DNA of 38,969 nt from Bacteroidota bacterium (GCA_041493205.1 JBGPYM010000003.1:1-38969); one strand, 5' to 3'. Positions 9,906 to 19,258 are shown, counted from the stretch's first letter. Numbers and translations are program-made. Notes: a model not told the origin generated them from the sequence alone.

Positions 9906-12900
9906 CTATTTAATGATTGCGAACTTCCCGATGGAGGGGTCAAGCCCTGCCGCTTCCACGTGAAAGATATACAGGCCGGGAGCGACATCGAGATTATCCT
10001 TGGTCCGGAGGTCCCAGGCCACAAACCCGTTCGTGGATCCGTCATGGTGCAGGGTCTGGACGAGCGCGCCCCGTACGTCATAAATCCGCACGACGGCACC
10101 GACCGGCAACCCCCGGAATTCCATGCGACGCTCGCCCCTCCCGGAGACCGCAAAGCGTTCCGGCTCAAAACTTGCCGCGCCGACATAGGGATTGGGGACG
10201 ACATATGGCCCGGATTTATACTGTTCCTTCGACAACGCCGCATCGATGAATTCGCTCCGCGTGGTAAACAGGTAGAGATCGGGGGATCCGACCGGGATAG
10301 AGAACGATTCGCGGTACACGTCTCCCGGCGCCGGCAGGACGAGCGTACCGTGCTGGGCCTGGCCCACGGTGTCTATCTGGAGGCGCCAGGTGACCGTGGC
10401 CGCCGAACCGAAAAACGTCACCAGGTCGATGTAATCGCCCGGTGCGCTCAGGGTACTGTCGTTGTTAGCATCGTGGAAGAAGAACCGCATCCGTGAGGGC
10501 CCTGTCGGCGATGATGCATCAATTCTGAACTTGACCGGGACCGCGGGGCTTCCGATTGCGATAAGGCTTGTATCGATGTAGGACCCTGAAAATGTCAGGG
10601 TATAATCGGCCGGGTACCCGGGCCGCCGCACATCGGCCGAATCAATGTCTTTCCGGATGAACTTGAGCCGCGCATTCCCCAGGCTTCCTTGGAGAAATCC
10701 GCTCGCCACGGTATCCGGTGTGACAAGGTCCGGCGTCGCAATCACGGGGAGGAGCCCGGTTCCCACGGGCCCTCTCCCTTCCCCGTGGAAATCGGCTCCG
10801 GTGGTGAAGAGGGGCCTGTGTGCCGTCGAATCATAGAGTTCATACCGGGACGCATGGATGCGGCCGGGCACATCGACAGAAAACCGTATCACATATGTCC
10901 TGTCGCGCGGCACTTCCTTTGAATTCAGGACCTCCACCCCGACAACGGCGCTCCCGGGTCCTGAGTGCCGGATATCCGATGCACGGGCAGGCGTATAGCC
11001 CGTCACCCGCGGTTCCGGCCGCACCTCCACGACATTTGCCGGGAGGATGGTGCCACCGCGGACCGTCCTTGAAACAGCAATGGAGTTTTCGGACGGGAAG
11101 AAGGCGAGAGAATCCGATCCGCGGTCATACGCGCACACCGCGTAGAAATAATCCTGGCCATTCTTCACGGTTGTATCCGTCATGGTGTGCATCAGACCCG
11201 AATCGGTGCCAAGGTCGTAAGCGACACCTTCGATGATTTGCTTCGAGAAGCCCTTCACTCCGTTCTTGAGGTCGAACCGCTCGATCGGTTTTCCGTTTCC
11301 GAAGGGGCCGGTACCCCGGGCATTGCTGACGGTCTTCGGATCCCGGAAGTCCGGGTCTGTTGAACGGTAGATCTTGTACCCTTCAAAATCATTCTCATGC
11401 GTGACCGGATCGATTCCCCGTTCCGACACGTCGTTCCAGTTCAGGCGGACGTATCGATCGCCCGCCTCCGCGTTGACGATGGGAAGCGGAGGAGGGACAG
11501 CGAACTGGTAATTGGCGTTGTAAATCTGCTGCACCGTCTTGACCTGCGTCCGGAGTTCCTCGAGGTCCGCTCCGTACGCGAGTGCGAGGCTGAACCGTTC
11601 ACGGGATCCCGCCGGGAGACTGAAGGGTCCTGACGCAAAGAGGAAGCCGATGTTGTAGTTCAGCACGACTGCCGAATCGAACCGCGCCGATGGCGATGCG
11701 TTCGTAAACTGGGAATAGAGCATGGGGGGCCAGAGCCCGTAGAACACGATATCATCCACCGGATCGGTCTTGGACGGACCCTTGATCCTGTTCATTTTAA
11801 ATCCGGTCAGTCCGATCTGATCGGACTCATCCTTATCCGTCTGGTTGTAATCCGGTTCGCCGGGGGTGGGCACGCCGTCGCCTTCGCCCGGATCGTGGGA
11901 ACCTGGAATGCCGTCACCCCCTACGTCATCATAATCGGCCACCCAGTTCATGTTCTCATCGCCCGTCCACCACCGTCCCGCCTTGAACGCCGGCCTCGTT
12001 TCGAGTTTGCCGTAAAACGCCTCGAACTTTGAGAGGTTATAGTGTGCCAGGACGTACGACCGGATGTTATCCTGACCGATGATGAGCGTACCCGGATCGC
12101 CGTCGCGCCGCTCGTCCGTGATCCCATCGTCGTCGTCATCGATACCATTGAACGGGTTTCCCGGAGTCTCGAGGTACGCATATCCGAGATACCCTGTGGG
12201 GGAGCAGTTCCCGCGGAGATCGGATCCGTGTCCGGCCTTGTCCCACGTGTAGGTGAGGTTCAGACCGGAGGACCGGTCGAAATAAGCGTTGTCGTCGTCT
12301 GATTCCGCGATACCGTCGCAGGAGAGCGCGGAACCGCCGACCCCGGAATCCATGTAGAGACCGAAGATGATATTGTCAGGGTAATCCGTGGTCGATTCGT
12401 TCGAAATATCATAATGCCAGAAGATGACATTCGTGGCCTGGGGATTCGCCCACTGGAAACCGCGCACTTCCACCTTCAAGCCGAATCCATGGCGGGTCGC
12501 GTCACGGGAATCGGGATGGTAATCCCATTTATCGTAAAAATCGTCGTCCATGACAAAGAAGCTTTCCTGATCTGCGTTTGGACGCTTGCCGAAGTACCCG
12601 TTCCAGCTTCCCGGCCAGCCCGGATCGAACAGATCCGCTGTCTTATCGGGCCATTGTTCCGGCCAGGTCCGCGGGTCGTTGCTGATGGCTATCGATCGAC
12701 CGCGGTTGATGCCCGGATCCGGCTGGAGATACCCCGGGCGGGGTTCGAACCGCATGACTTTTCCGGTGTTCGGGCTCTGTTCCTGCCGTTCACGAAACCC
12801 TGTCTCCATGATATACGTCGGCAAACCGGCGGTGGTAACCTTTGCCAGGACGAACGGGGTAATGCCGTCGGAGTAATTCATCCCGGACCCTTTCGGGACC

Positions 12901-13157
12901 TCCGCCGAGTGGAATACCGACAGGTCGACGTTGAGCGGATCGAGGGGGTAATCGCCGACCATGCCGAAGTTCCAGAAGATCGAACGGATATTCCCCGCAT
13001 CGTGGGTTCCCGACCGTTCCACGTCCGTCCGCGATCGCTGCGATTTCGGTACGACGGGAAGCCACTGGGATTGTGCGTGGCATTCGACCGCGGCCAGAAT
13101 CAGAATCACGCGCAGCCCATAGCCGGCCGCCGGATGCAAGAACCTGGAATGCGTCAT
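9906..13157 (-). CDS. Large secreted hypothetical protein (~1080 aa) with acidic Ca-binding-like motifs, an FN3-like domain and an atypical T9SS-like CTD
   Basis: Signal peptide ending CHA-Q; DDDDDGITDE; FN3-like AGDRYVRLNW...FEGYKIYRS...YFYAVCAYD; C-terminus VVPNPY...VRIYDVRGALV...WDLRTKDNLDVAPGLYIFHVE...GKFAIIK. Start ATG 13157 (or TTG 13178). Confidence 0.8.
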   Translation of the reverse strand: MTHSRFLHPAAGYGLRVILILAAVECHAQSQWLPVVPKSQRSRTDVERSGTHDAGNIRSIFWNFGMVGDYPLDPLNVDLSVFHSAEVPKGSGMNYSDGITPFVLAKVTTAGLPTYIMETGFRERQEQSPNTGKVMRFEPRPGYLQPDPGINRGRSIAISNDPRTWPEQWPDKTADLFDPGWPGSWNGYFGKRPNADQESFFVMDDDFYDKWDYHPDSRDATRHGFGLKVEVRGFQWANPQATNVIFWHYDISNESTTDYPDNIIFGLYMDSGVGGSALSCDGIAESDDDNAYFDRSSGLNLTYTWDKAGHGSDLRGNCSPTGYLGYAYLETPGNPFNGIDDDDDGITDERRDGDPGTLIIGQDNIRSYVLAHYNLSKFEAFYGKLETRPAFKAGRWWTGDENMNWVADYDDVGGDGIPGSHDPGEGDGVPTPGEPDYNQTDKDESDQIGLTGFKMNRIKGPSKTDPVDDIVFYGLWPPMLYSQFTNASPSARFDSAVVLNYNIGFLFASGPFSLPAGSRERFSLALAYGADLEELRTQVKTVQQIYNANYQFAVPPPLPIVNAEAGDRYVRLNWNDVSERGIDPVTHENDFEGYKIYRSTDPDFRDPKTVSNARGTGPFGNGKPIERFDLKNGVKGFSKQIIEGVAYDLGTDSGLMHTMTDTTVKNGQDYFYAVCAYDRGSDSLAFFPSENSIAVSRTVRGGTILPANVVEVRPEPRVTGYTPARASDIRHSGPGSAVVGVEVLNSKEVPRDRTYVIRFSVDVPGRIHASRYELYDSTAHRPLFTTGADFHGEGRGPVGTGLLPVIATPDLVTPDTVASGFLQGSLGNARLKFIRKDIDSADVRRPGYPADYTLTFSGSYIDTSLIAIGSPAVPVKFRIDASSPTGPSRMRFFFHDANNDSTLSAPGDYIDLVTFFGSAATVTWRLQIDTVGQAQHGTLVLPAPGDVYRESFSIPVGSPDLYLFTTRSEFIDAALSKEQYKSGPYVVPNPYVGAASFEPERFAVSGRGERRMEFRGLPVGAVVRIYDVRGALVQTLHHDGSTNGFVAWDLRTKDNLDVAPGLYIFHVEAAGLDPSIGKFAIIK

Positions 13158-13185
13158 GGTGAAGGTCGCCTTCTCCAATGGGAGG

Positions 13186-15933
13186 TTACAGATTCACACG
13201 GAAACCAATTTCGATCCGTCGGGGCGCAGCGAAACGTGACGGATCAGCGAGCGTCGAGCGATCAGTTGCCGGCGTGAGCGAGTAGTACGGGCTGCCGGTC
13301 GTCGAGAAGACAAACCCGTTACCATAGCGTGAATCGAACACGTTGAAGACACGGAGAAAGACATTGAGGCGGACTTGATCGAACGTAAAGGACTTCTCCG
13401 CCCGGACATCCACCGTACCCCACGCAGGTTTGCCTTCCGAATTCCGCTCGAGGCCTGCACCGAATCCAGATCCGATTGCCGGCGTATAGGGACTGCCGCT
13501 GCCGTACTTGATGATCGCACTCATAACGTAATCGTTGGGGTTCACCAGGGTGAGCGCGGCATTGAGCGTGTGGCGCTGGTCCCAGTCGAATGATACCTGC
13601 CGGGGCCGCGGGTCCTCGCCTGCCGACGCACGGGTGAATGTCTCCCGCGGATCGCTTGAATTCCCCACCGCGTTCTGGAACGTGTAATTGAGGGACGCCG
13701 AGAAGTTCTCGGAAAACCGTTGATCATAGCTCAGCTTGATGCCGTAGACCGACCCGAAATCCACATTGGTAAACCGGGCATACTGAGCATCCGCATATGT
13801 CTCGATGAATTCCACACCGAGAAGGTCCCGGACATCCTTGTAGAACACGCTCAGGTCGACGCCGACGAGCCGGCCGAATTCCTGTTTGAATCCGAATTCA
13901 TACTGTGCCGTAAACTCCGGTTTGATGTCCGGGTTTCCCATCAGCGGAAACGTGCTGCTGGAGGCCTGGAGTCGGCTGAGGACAGAATAATCCGAATTGG
14001 CGTACAGGTTGCCGAGGCCCGGCATCTGATAAAAGTGACCGTAGGAGAAGTAGAGCGCACCTGTGGCGGTAATCGGATAGGAGACGCCGAGCCGCGGGGC
14101 GAGCGCAATCTTGCGGCTCGTCCGTTTCGGGAACGATTGCGGAATCTGGTGCGTGCTGTCCCCCTGAATTGCGTTTGCCGGGTTTTCGAGATTACTGGGG
14201 AGGGTGGTATTCGCATCGTAGTATTCCAGCCGCAGCCCAACGCGGATCATGAAATCCGTGAATTCCACCCTATCCTGGACGAACAGCGCCATTGACACGG
14301 GATGATAGGACTTCAGATTCTGGGCAAGAGTATCGGGCACGACATACACCTGCGAGACGCTCCCGGTCAGGATCTGGTAGGCGAGGGTACCGGGGGAACC
14401 GAACCCCACCGTGGCGAGCTGACCTTCGAACCCCGCCTTCACGAGGTGGATAGGAGTAACCTGGCTTGTCAGAGAAGCTTTCACAAGGAAGGCATTCGTC
14501 CTTTGTTCAAACCGTCCGATGTCATATCCCTGGATGGTCGCACCGAGCTCATAGTTTGCGTCACCCCGTGGTGCACCGGCGGCATAGTATCGCGGGTTGT
14601 CCAGCGCATCGAAGGCGTAATCCGTGTAGTGGAAGAAATTCTGACGGAGGTTCAGGGTGTAAAAGGTCGTTGGGGTGATGGTCTGCGTCCAGTCGATGCC
14701 ATGGACGACCGACGTATGGTTCTGGCGCCGCATGCCATCAGGATTGAATCGGAACGCAAAGTTGTACGGCCGCGACTGGCCGGTTGCACCGATGAACTGG
14801 TAACTGAGCTGACCGTCGGTGATGCTGTGGTTGGCGATCTTCACCTGACCGGAATACTCTTCGGAGTTTCCCAGGGGGATGACTTTTCCGTCGCCTCCCG
14901 GCCGGAAGGTCCTGCTGCCGAAATCCGATACGTCGGTCGGGACGAACAGACGCTCCCCGTAGAGGTACCCGTTGTCGCTGAACCTGCGGATGTTGACAAG
15001 GAAGGACGTTTCGGGCAGGCCAGTCGGGCCGCCGAGGGAGACTGTATAGCTCTGGAGCGGGAGAGGAAGTCCGAGATTTCGGAGGCCCTGACCGGCTGTT
15101 TCGCCCGGAAAGGACGGCCGCAGCCACTGTGACCCAAGATGCGGATAGATTGCGGCGTCGGAGCCGTTCACAACATAGAAGCCGCCATATGCTTCAGCGC
15201 TGACATCGAACCGTTCATCCGATCCGCTCCGCAGGACGGCATTGACGACCCCGCTCATGGCCTGGCCATATTCGGCGTCGAACGTCCCGCTGATGACCTG
15301 GACCTCCTGCAACACAGACTTATCGAGTTGAATGACGGAGGAGTTGTCGTACGGATTGTTCACCGAGACACCATCAACCTGGTACTGAACCTCGCCGATG
15401 CGTCCGCCCCGGAAATGGCCGTCGACGACGCCGGCCTGCAGGTTGACGACGTCTGCCAGACTCTGGACCGGGAGGATGTTGATATCGTCTTTATCGAGGA
15501 TTGCCACGGAGCTGGTCTGCCGGGTGTCCACGAGGGGGCGCTGGGCGATCGTCACCACTTCTTCCTTTTCAATGAGCGCCTCCGTGAGAGTCACGTTCAG
15601 GGTTGTCGTCTGTCCGGCATTGACCCTCACCTCCTTCACGACTCTGGACTGGTAGCCGACGGCGCTTGACCGCACATCGTAGATCGAGGCCGGGACATTG
15701 AGAATCACGTAGTTGCCGTCGATATCTGCAGCCGCGCCGAGTGTCGTTCCGAGGATCACGACCGTGGCGCCGACCACCGGCTGGCCTTTCGGGTCCGCGA
15801 TCCGGCCGGTCAGTTTACCGCGCGTATCCGCGGCAGCCGTCGAGGCAAGGAGCACAAGCAGCAGTGCGGTCCGGATCAGCCAGACAGGCATCCGATGACG
15901 AATCACTCCCGGGGCGGCGCACCGTTGATCCAT
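13186..15933 (-). CDS. TonB-dependent receptor with N-terminal carboxypeptidase-regulatory-like domain
   Basis: GKLTGRIAD..G.PVVGATV N-domain; plug HFRGGR..EVQYQVDGV and GTFDAEYGQAMSGVVN; barrel PRLGVSYPI, GNPDIKPE, C-terminal PRRIEIGFRVNL. Start ATG 15933 has GAGG upstream. Confidence 0.92.
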   Translation of the reverse strand: MDQRCAAPGVIRHRMPVWLIRTALLLVLLASTAAADTRGKLTGRIADPKGQPVVGATVVILGTTLGAAADIDGNYVILNVPASIYDVRSSAVGYQSRVVKEVRVNAGQTTTLNVTLTEALIEKEEVVTIAQRPLVDTRQTSSVAILDKDDINILPVQSLADVVNLQAGVVDGHFRGGRIGEVQYQVDGVSVNNPYDNSSVIQLDKSVLQEVQVISGTFDAEYGQAMSGVVNAVLRSGSDERFDVSAEAYGGFYVVNGSDAAIYPHLGSQWLRPSFPGETAGQGLRNLGLPLPLQSYTVSLGGPTGLPETSFLVNIRRFSDNGYLYGERLFVPTDVSDFGSRTFRPGGDGKVIPLGNSEEYSGQVKIANHSITDGQLSYQFIGATGQSRPYNFAFRFNPDGMRRQNHTSVVHGIDWTQTITPTTFYTLNLRQNFFHYTDYAFDALDNPRYYAAGAPRGDANYELGATIQGYDIGRFEQRTNAFLVKASLTSQVTPIHLVKAGFEGQLATVGFGSPGTLAYQILTGSVSQVYVVPDTLAQNLKSYHPVSMALFVQDRVEFTDFMIRVGLRLEYYDANTTLPSNLENPANAIQGDSTHQIPQSFPKRTSRKIALAPRLGVSYPITATGALYFSYGHFYQMPGLGNLYANSDYSVLSRLQASSSTFPLMGNPDIKPEFTAQYEFGFKQEFGRLVGVDLSVFYKDVRDLLGVEFIETYADAQYARFTNVDFGSVYGIKLSYDQRFSENFSASLNYTFQNAVGNSSDPRETFTRASAGEDPRPRQVSFDWDQRHTLNAALTLVNPNDYVMSAIIKYGSGSPYTPAIGSGFGAGLERNSEGKPAWGTVDVRAEKSFTFDQVRLNVFLRVFNVFDSRYGNGFVFSTTGSPYYSLTPATDRSTLADPSRFAAPRRIEIGFRVNL

Positions 15934-15963
15934 GGCAAGGGTCCTCTGTATGACACTTCGGGC

Positions 15964-16005
15964 AATAGAAAACGGGGCGGCCTGGGAACGGCCGCCTCGC
16001 TTTCT
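15964..16005 (-). terminator. Putative intrinsic terminator between the CBM9-like gene and the TBDR
   Basis: Minus strand GCGAGGCGGCC-GTTCCCA-GGCCGCCCCGT followed by TTTCTATT. Confidence 0.6.
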
Positions 16006-16014
16006 CATCAATCG

Positions 16015-16048
16015 GAAGAGCCACCGGCGGGGACGCCGGTGCCTCTTC
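16015..16048 (-). repeat. REP-like hairpin (GTAG family variant)
   Basis: + strand GAAGAG-C-CACCGGCG-GGGA-CGCCGGTG-C-CTCTTC; the core is identical to the copy at 21320. Confidence 0.8.
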
Positions 16049-16075
16049 ACACAGCCATGAACATGACGCGGGCAA

Positions 16076-17953
16076 CTACTTCAGCAGCATCATGCTCTTT
16101 GTTTGTGTATAGCGCTGCGCCCCGCTCTGGCCTGGCACAAATTCCAGACGGTAGAAGTAGACGCCTGATGCAAGGCCTGCTGCGTTGAACGAGTGTTCCT
16201 GTACACCGCCGGCAGTGACGGCGAATCCCGCAGTGGACACCTGGCGCCCCAGAATATCGAACACCGTCAGGGTCGCGGTCCCGCTCCCCGGGAGGGAGAA
16301 CCGGATCTTGGTCGACGGGTTGAACGGATTCGGGTAATTGCCGTACAGGCGGAATTCCTGTGCGAGTCCCGAGCCGTCCTGGTCGCCGACGCCGGTCACC
16401 AGGGTCGCATTATCCAGCAGGCAGAATGCCGGACTTGCAGCCCACGGCCATTCGCGGAACCACCAGGTGCGGGAGGCGGCGGTATCATGTCCGGCGTGGT
16501 TGAAGTCCACGTCGTGGAGGTTGAATCCGAGGGCAACCACCTTGTTCTGAGCGCCCGCGGTATAGCCGAGCTTCGCAAGATCAAGGACAGCTTCCAGCGT
16601 GTATCCGTTGTCCACGTCGTTGTTATTGTCGATCGTGGTGCCGCTCTTGAGGGCGAGGCCGTACGTGAGCGCACCGGCGGTCGAAGGGAGTTCATCGGCC
16701 CACCGGACCGAAGATCCGCCCTTGGCAACGCTATCAACCTGAATGCCGAACCGTTTGCGTCCCATGAAGTGGACGTTCGGGTCTCTGAGCGAGTCGATGG
16801 GTATATTCATACTGATCTGCAGCGCATCCATCCAATCATCGCTCACGGCATGGTTCACCGACTGATCCGCCACGTCGGCGCCGATATAGAGCTTGTCACC
16901 GAGGAAGAACATTTTCACTGTCGCAACGCCGGCGTCGAACGGTACTCCCGTCGGTGCGAACTGGCCGCTGTGTTCGGGTCCGATGGTCGGATAGGCGGCG
17001 CGGTTGGCGTCGTTCCCGTACTGGATGGTAAAGGAGGGAACATGTGACCAAACAGCGTCAGCCAGTGATCCGTCAACGGTCGGGGCGGCGAAATTCGTAC
17101 CGTTCGGTATCACCCTGTCATATGGGTATGCCGGGAGAGACGTTGTGTTGATATTGACGTCGCTGCGCACCAGCACGCGGCCGGCAAGCCCGCCGCCGTT
17201 GTTTCCCCATTCGTTGCCCCACCACGCCTTCGTCCCCACAAAGCTGGGGGTGTTGCTCCAGTCCCTGTCCCAGATACAGATGGTCATTTGCACGGCGTCG
17301 GTCGTCACGGAATTGGCGTTGTACCCGAGACTGTCGAGTTTCACCGCCAGTTCCATCCTCCACCCCTGGTCGGCCACACGCTGTCCCACGCCGTTCGTGT
17401 CCACGTTGGACTGTCCCTGGACCGTGGTCACGCCGGTGACGATATTCCTGCTGGGGAGGGCTCCAGCAGTCATATTCGGCAACTGACCTGCCCCGGCCGA
17501 ATCGATCCAGGTCGTGAAGATATCCTGATGGAGGGCGACTTTGCTCGGGTTGGCACGCTCCCGTCTGTTATAGATGCCTGCGAGGAGTCCGTCGCATGCT
17601 TCCCAACCGGCGCCTCCGACCGAGCTGTCCTTTGACGTAATAGCCAGGTAGAGGGTATTCGTCGTCTTGTTGACGAGGAATTTTACCACGGCATTTGCCC
17701 CATTACCGACGGGGGCTGTGCCGTTCATGACCTTCCAGCCGTCTTCGGGGTTGCCCGATTTCACGCCGTACTGGATTACGATGGAATCGGCCTTGGCCCA
17801 CGCCGCTTCGTTGAAGTTCCCATCGAGGGTGATAGTTGCGCCGAGGACATCGCGTGCCCAGACATAATCCTTTCGCGGCGAGAACTGCGCAAACACCGCT
17901 CCGCCGGCGAAGACGCCGACGATCAGCAGCATAAGCAGTCTGCGTGTATTCAT
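16076..17953 (-). CDS. Secreted protein with two CBM9/DOMON-like repeats and a T9SS type A CTD
   Basis: Signal peptide ending VFA-Q; repeated ITLDGNFNEAAW / PTVDGSLADAVW, LYLAITSKD / LYIGADVAD, GWRMELAVKLDSLGY / GYTLEAVLDLAKLGY; CTD LYGNYPNPFNPSTKIRF...GVYFYRL...KSMMLLK; GGAGG RBS. Confidence 0.8.
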   Translation of the reverse strand: MNTRRLLMLLIVGVFAGGAVFAQFSPRKDYVWARDVLGATITLDGNFNEAAWAKADSIVIQYGVKSGNPEDGWKVMNGTAPVGNGANAVVKFLVNKTTNTLYLAITSKDSSVGGAGWEACDGLLAGIYNRRERANPSKVALHQDIFTTWIDSAGAGQLPNMTAGALPSRNIVTGVTTVQGQSNVDTNGVGQRVADQGWRMELAVKLDSLGYNANSVTTDAVQMTICIWDRDWSNTPSFVGTKAWWGNEWGNNGGGLAGRVLVRSDVNINTTSLPAYPYDRVIPNGTNFAAPTVDGSLADAVWSHVPSFTIQYGNDANRAAYPTIGPEHSGQFAPTGVPFDAGVATVKMFFLGDKLYIGADVADQSVNHAVSDDWMDALQISMNIPIDSLRDPNVHFMGRKRFGIQVDSVAKGGSSVRWADELPSTAGALTYGLALKSGTTIDNNNDVDNGYTLEAVLDLAKLGYTAGAQNKVVALGFNLHDVDFNHAGHDTAASRTWWFREWPWAASPAFCLLDNATLVTGVGDQDGSGLAQEFRLYGNYPNPFNPSTKIRFSLPGSGTATLTVFDILGRQVSTAGFAVTAGGVQEHSFNAAGLASGVYFYRLEFVPGQSGAQRYTQTKSMMLLK

Positions 17954-17974
17954 ACAACCTCCCTTATTGAAGAA

Positions 17975-19024
17975 CTATAGTGATGGAATGTGTTGAATTA
18001 GTGGATCTCTCACATGAGCATGATACGACGTGCATCCGCATGATTCGCGCAGGACCAGCGTCGTCGGAAGCACGATCTGCTGTCTGCAATGGGTATTTTT
18101 ATTCCGCACTGCATGGAGGAGGGTTTCGATTGCGCGAATACCGAGATTGTGGATACCCACCTGTACCGAGGTGAGTGCCGGTGTCAGGTACGATGCAATG
18201 GGAACATCATCGAACCCGGCAACGGCGACACCTTCCGGGATTTGGATTTCTTCATCGCGGAACGCGCTCAGCGCGCCGATGGCCATGGAATCATTACATG
18301 CAAAGACCGCCGTCGGCCGCGGTGACAGGGCAAGGAGCTGTTTGGCTGCGTCAAATCCGGATGCTTCGGTGAAGTTTCCATCCACCTGGAACCGCGGGTC
18401 GGGCGTACCTCCGCCTTCCGTTATCGCGTCGGTCCAGCCGCGGAGCCGTTCCGAGGCGTCAATATTCCGTTCAGTCCCCTTGATGATGGCGATCCGCGTG
18501 TGCCCGTGCCAGAGAAGATGCTGCGTCATCGCGAAGGCGCCGCCGTAATTGTCGATGTTGAGCGAGTCGAACCCGTTCGATTCCACGTGGCAGTTCAGTA
18601 GGACGACCGGCAGCGATTGCGGAAGATTTTCGTTGAGGGTTTCCGCGTCAATGTGGGGAGACATGATCACGAGTCCGTCCACCCGCCCGCGCATCATCGT
18701 CAGGGCGGCGCGGATTTCCTCCCGGTTGTTGTGCGAGCTGGAGACCACCAGATGGTGGTGCGCCTTCTGGGCGGTCTGGTCGCTGCCTCGGAGCACTTCC
18801 GAGAAAAATTCGCCGAACAGATCGGGAAGGAGCAGTCCGATGGCGTCGGTCCGCTTCGTGCTGAGCCCCCGACCGAGGGCATTCGGCACGTACTTCAGGC
18901 GCCGGGCAACAAGGCGGACCTGGCGCTCCGTGTCCTCCTCCACTGGGCCGACGTTGTTAAAAACCCGGGAGACCGTTGCGATAGACACGCCTGCCTCGCG
19001 CGCTACGTCTTTTATTGTAATCAT
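17975..19024 (-). CDS. LacI family transcriptional regulator
   Basis: MITIKDVAREAGVSIATVSRVFN helix-turn-helix, YVPNALGRGL hinge, PTAVFACNDSMAIG, GFDD, PALTSV. Start ATG 19024. Confidence 0.96.
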   Translation of the reverse strand: MITIKDVAREAGVSIATVSRVFNNVGPVEEDTERQVRLVARRLKYVPNALGRGLSTKRTDAIGLLLPDLFGEFFSEVLRGSDQTAQKAHHHLVVSSSHNNREEIRAALTMMRGRVDGLVIMSPHIDAETLNENLPQSLPVVLLNCHVESNGFDSLNIDNYGGAFAMTQHLLWHGHTRIAIIKGTERNIDASERLRGWTDAITEGGGTPDPRFQVDGNFTEASGFDAAKQLLALSPRPTAVFACNDSMAIGALSAFRDEEIQIPEGVAVAGFDDVPIASYLTPALTSVQVGIHNLGIRAIETLLHAVRNKNTHCRQQIVLPTTLVLRESCGCTSYHAHVRDPLIQHIPSL

Positions 19025-19074
19025 CTGTGAGTTGTACCGCCAGGTGCTTACCAAATGGCGTGATTTACGACGCG

Positions 19075-19086
19075 GCAACCGTTTAC
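19075..19086. promoter_or_regulatory. Secondary imperfect LacI-type operator
   Basis: GCAACCGTTTAC, a 10/12 match to the core GTAAACGTTTAC of the main operator. Confidence 0.5.
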
Positions 19087-19106
19087 TGAGAGATGGGAAT
19101 AGCGGG

Positions 19107-19124
19107 CATGTAAACGTTTACATG
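19107..19124. promoter_or_regulatory. LacI-family operator (perfect palindrome)
   Basis: CATGTAAACGTTTACATG, an 18-bp perfect inverted repeat with the central CG typical of LacI sites; overlaps the predicted TSS. Confidence 0.85.
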
Positions 19125-19127
19125 GCC

Positions 19128-19156
19128 ATTATAGGAAGGAGGAAAGTAATTGTCAA
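19128..19156 (-). promoter_or_regulatory. Sigma70 promoter of the glycan locus
   Basis: Minus strand TTGACA (19156-19151), exactly 17 bp, then TATAAT (19133-19128); A-rich UP-like tract at 19157-19166. Confidence 0.88.
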
Positions 19157-19258
19157 GTTATTTTTTCGGCCGACCGTGAGAGTGGCTCTGGAGGGGGGAG
19201 AAAGGACCAAAAACGAGGAAAAAATGAGGGATATGGAAGAGGAAATTGGAATATGTGT

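Noticed and set aside
15934-16050. N-terminal extension of the TBDR ORF
   Set aside because: It runs through the REP and terminator hairpins; ATG 15933 has an RBS and precedes the signal peptide.
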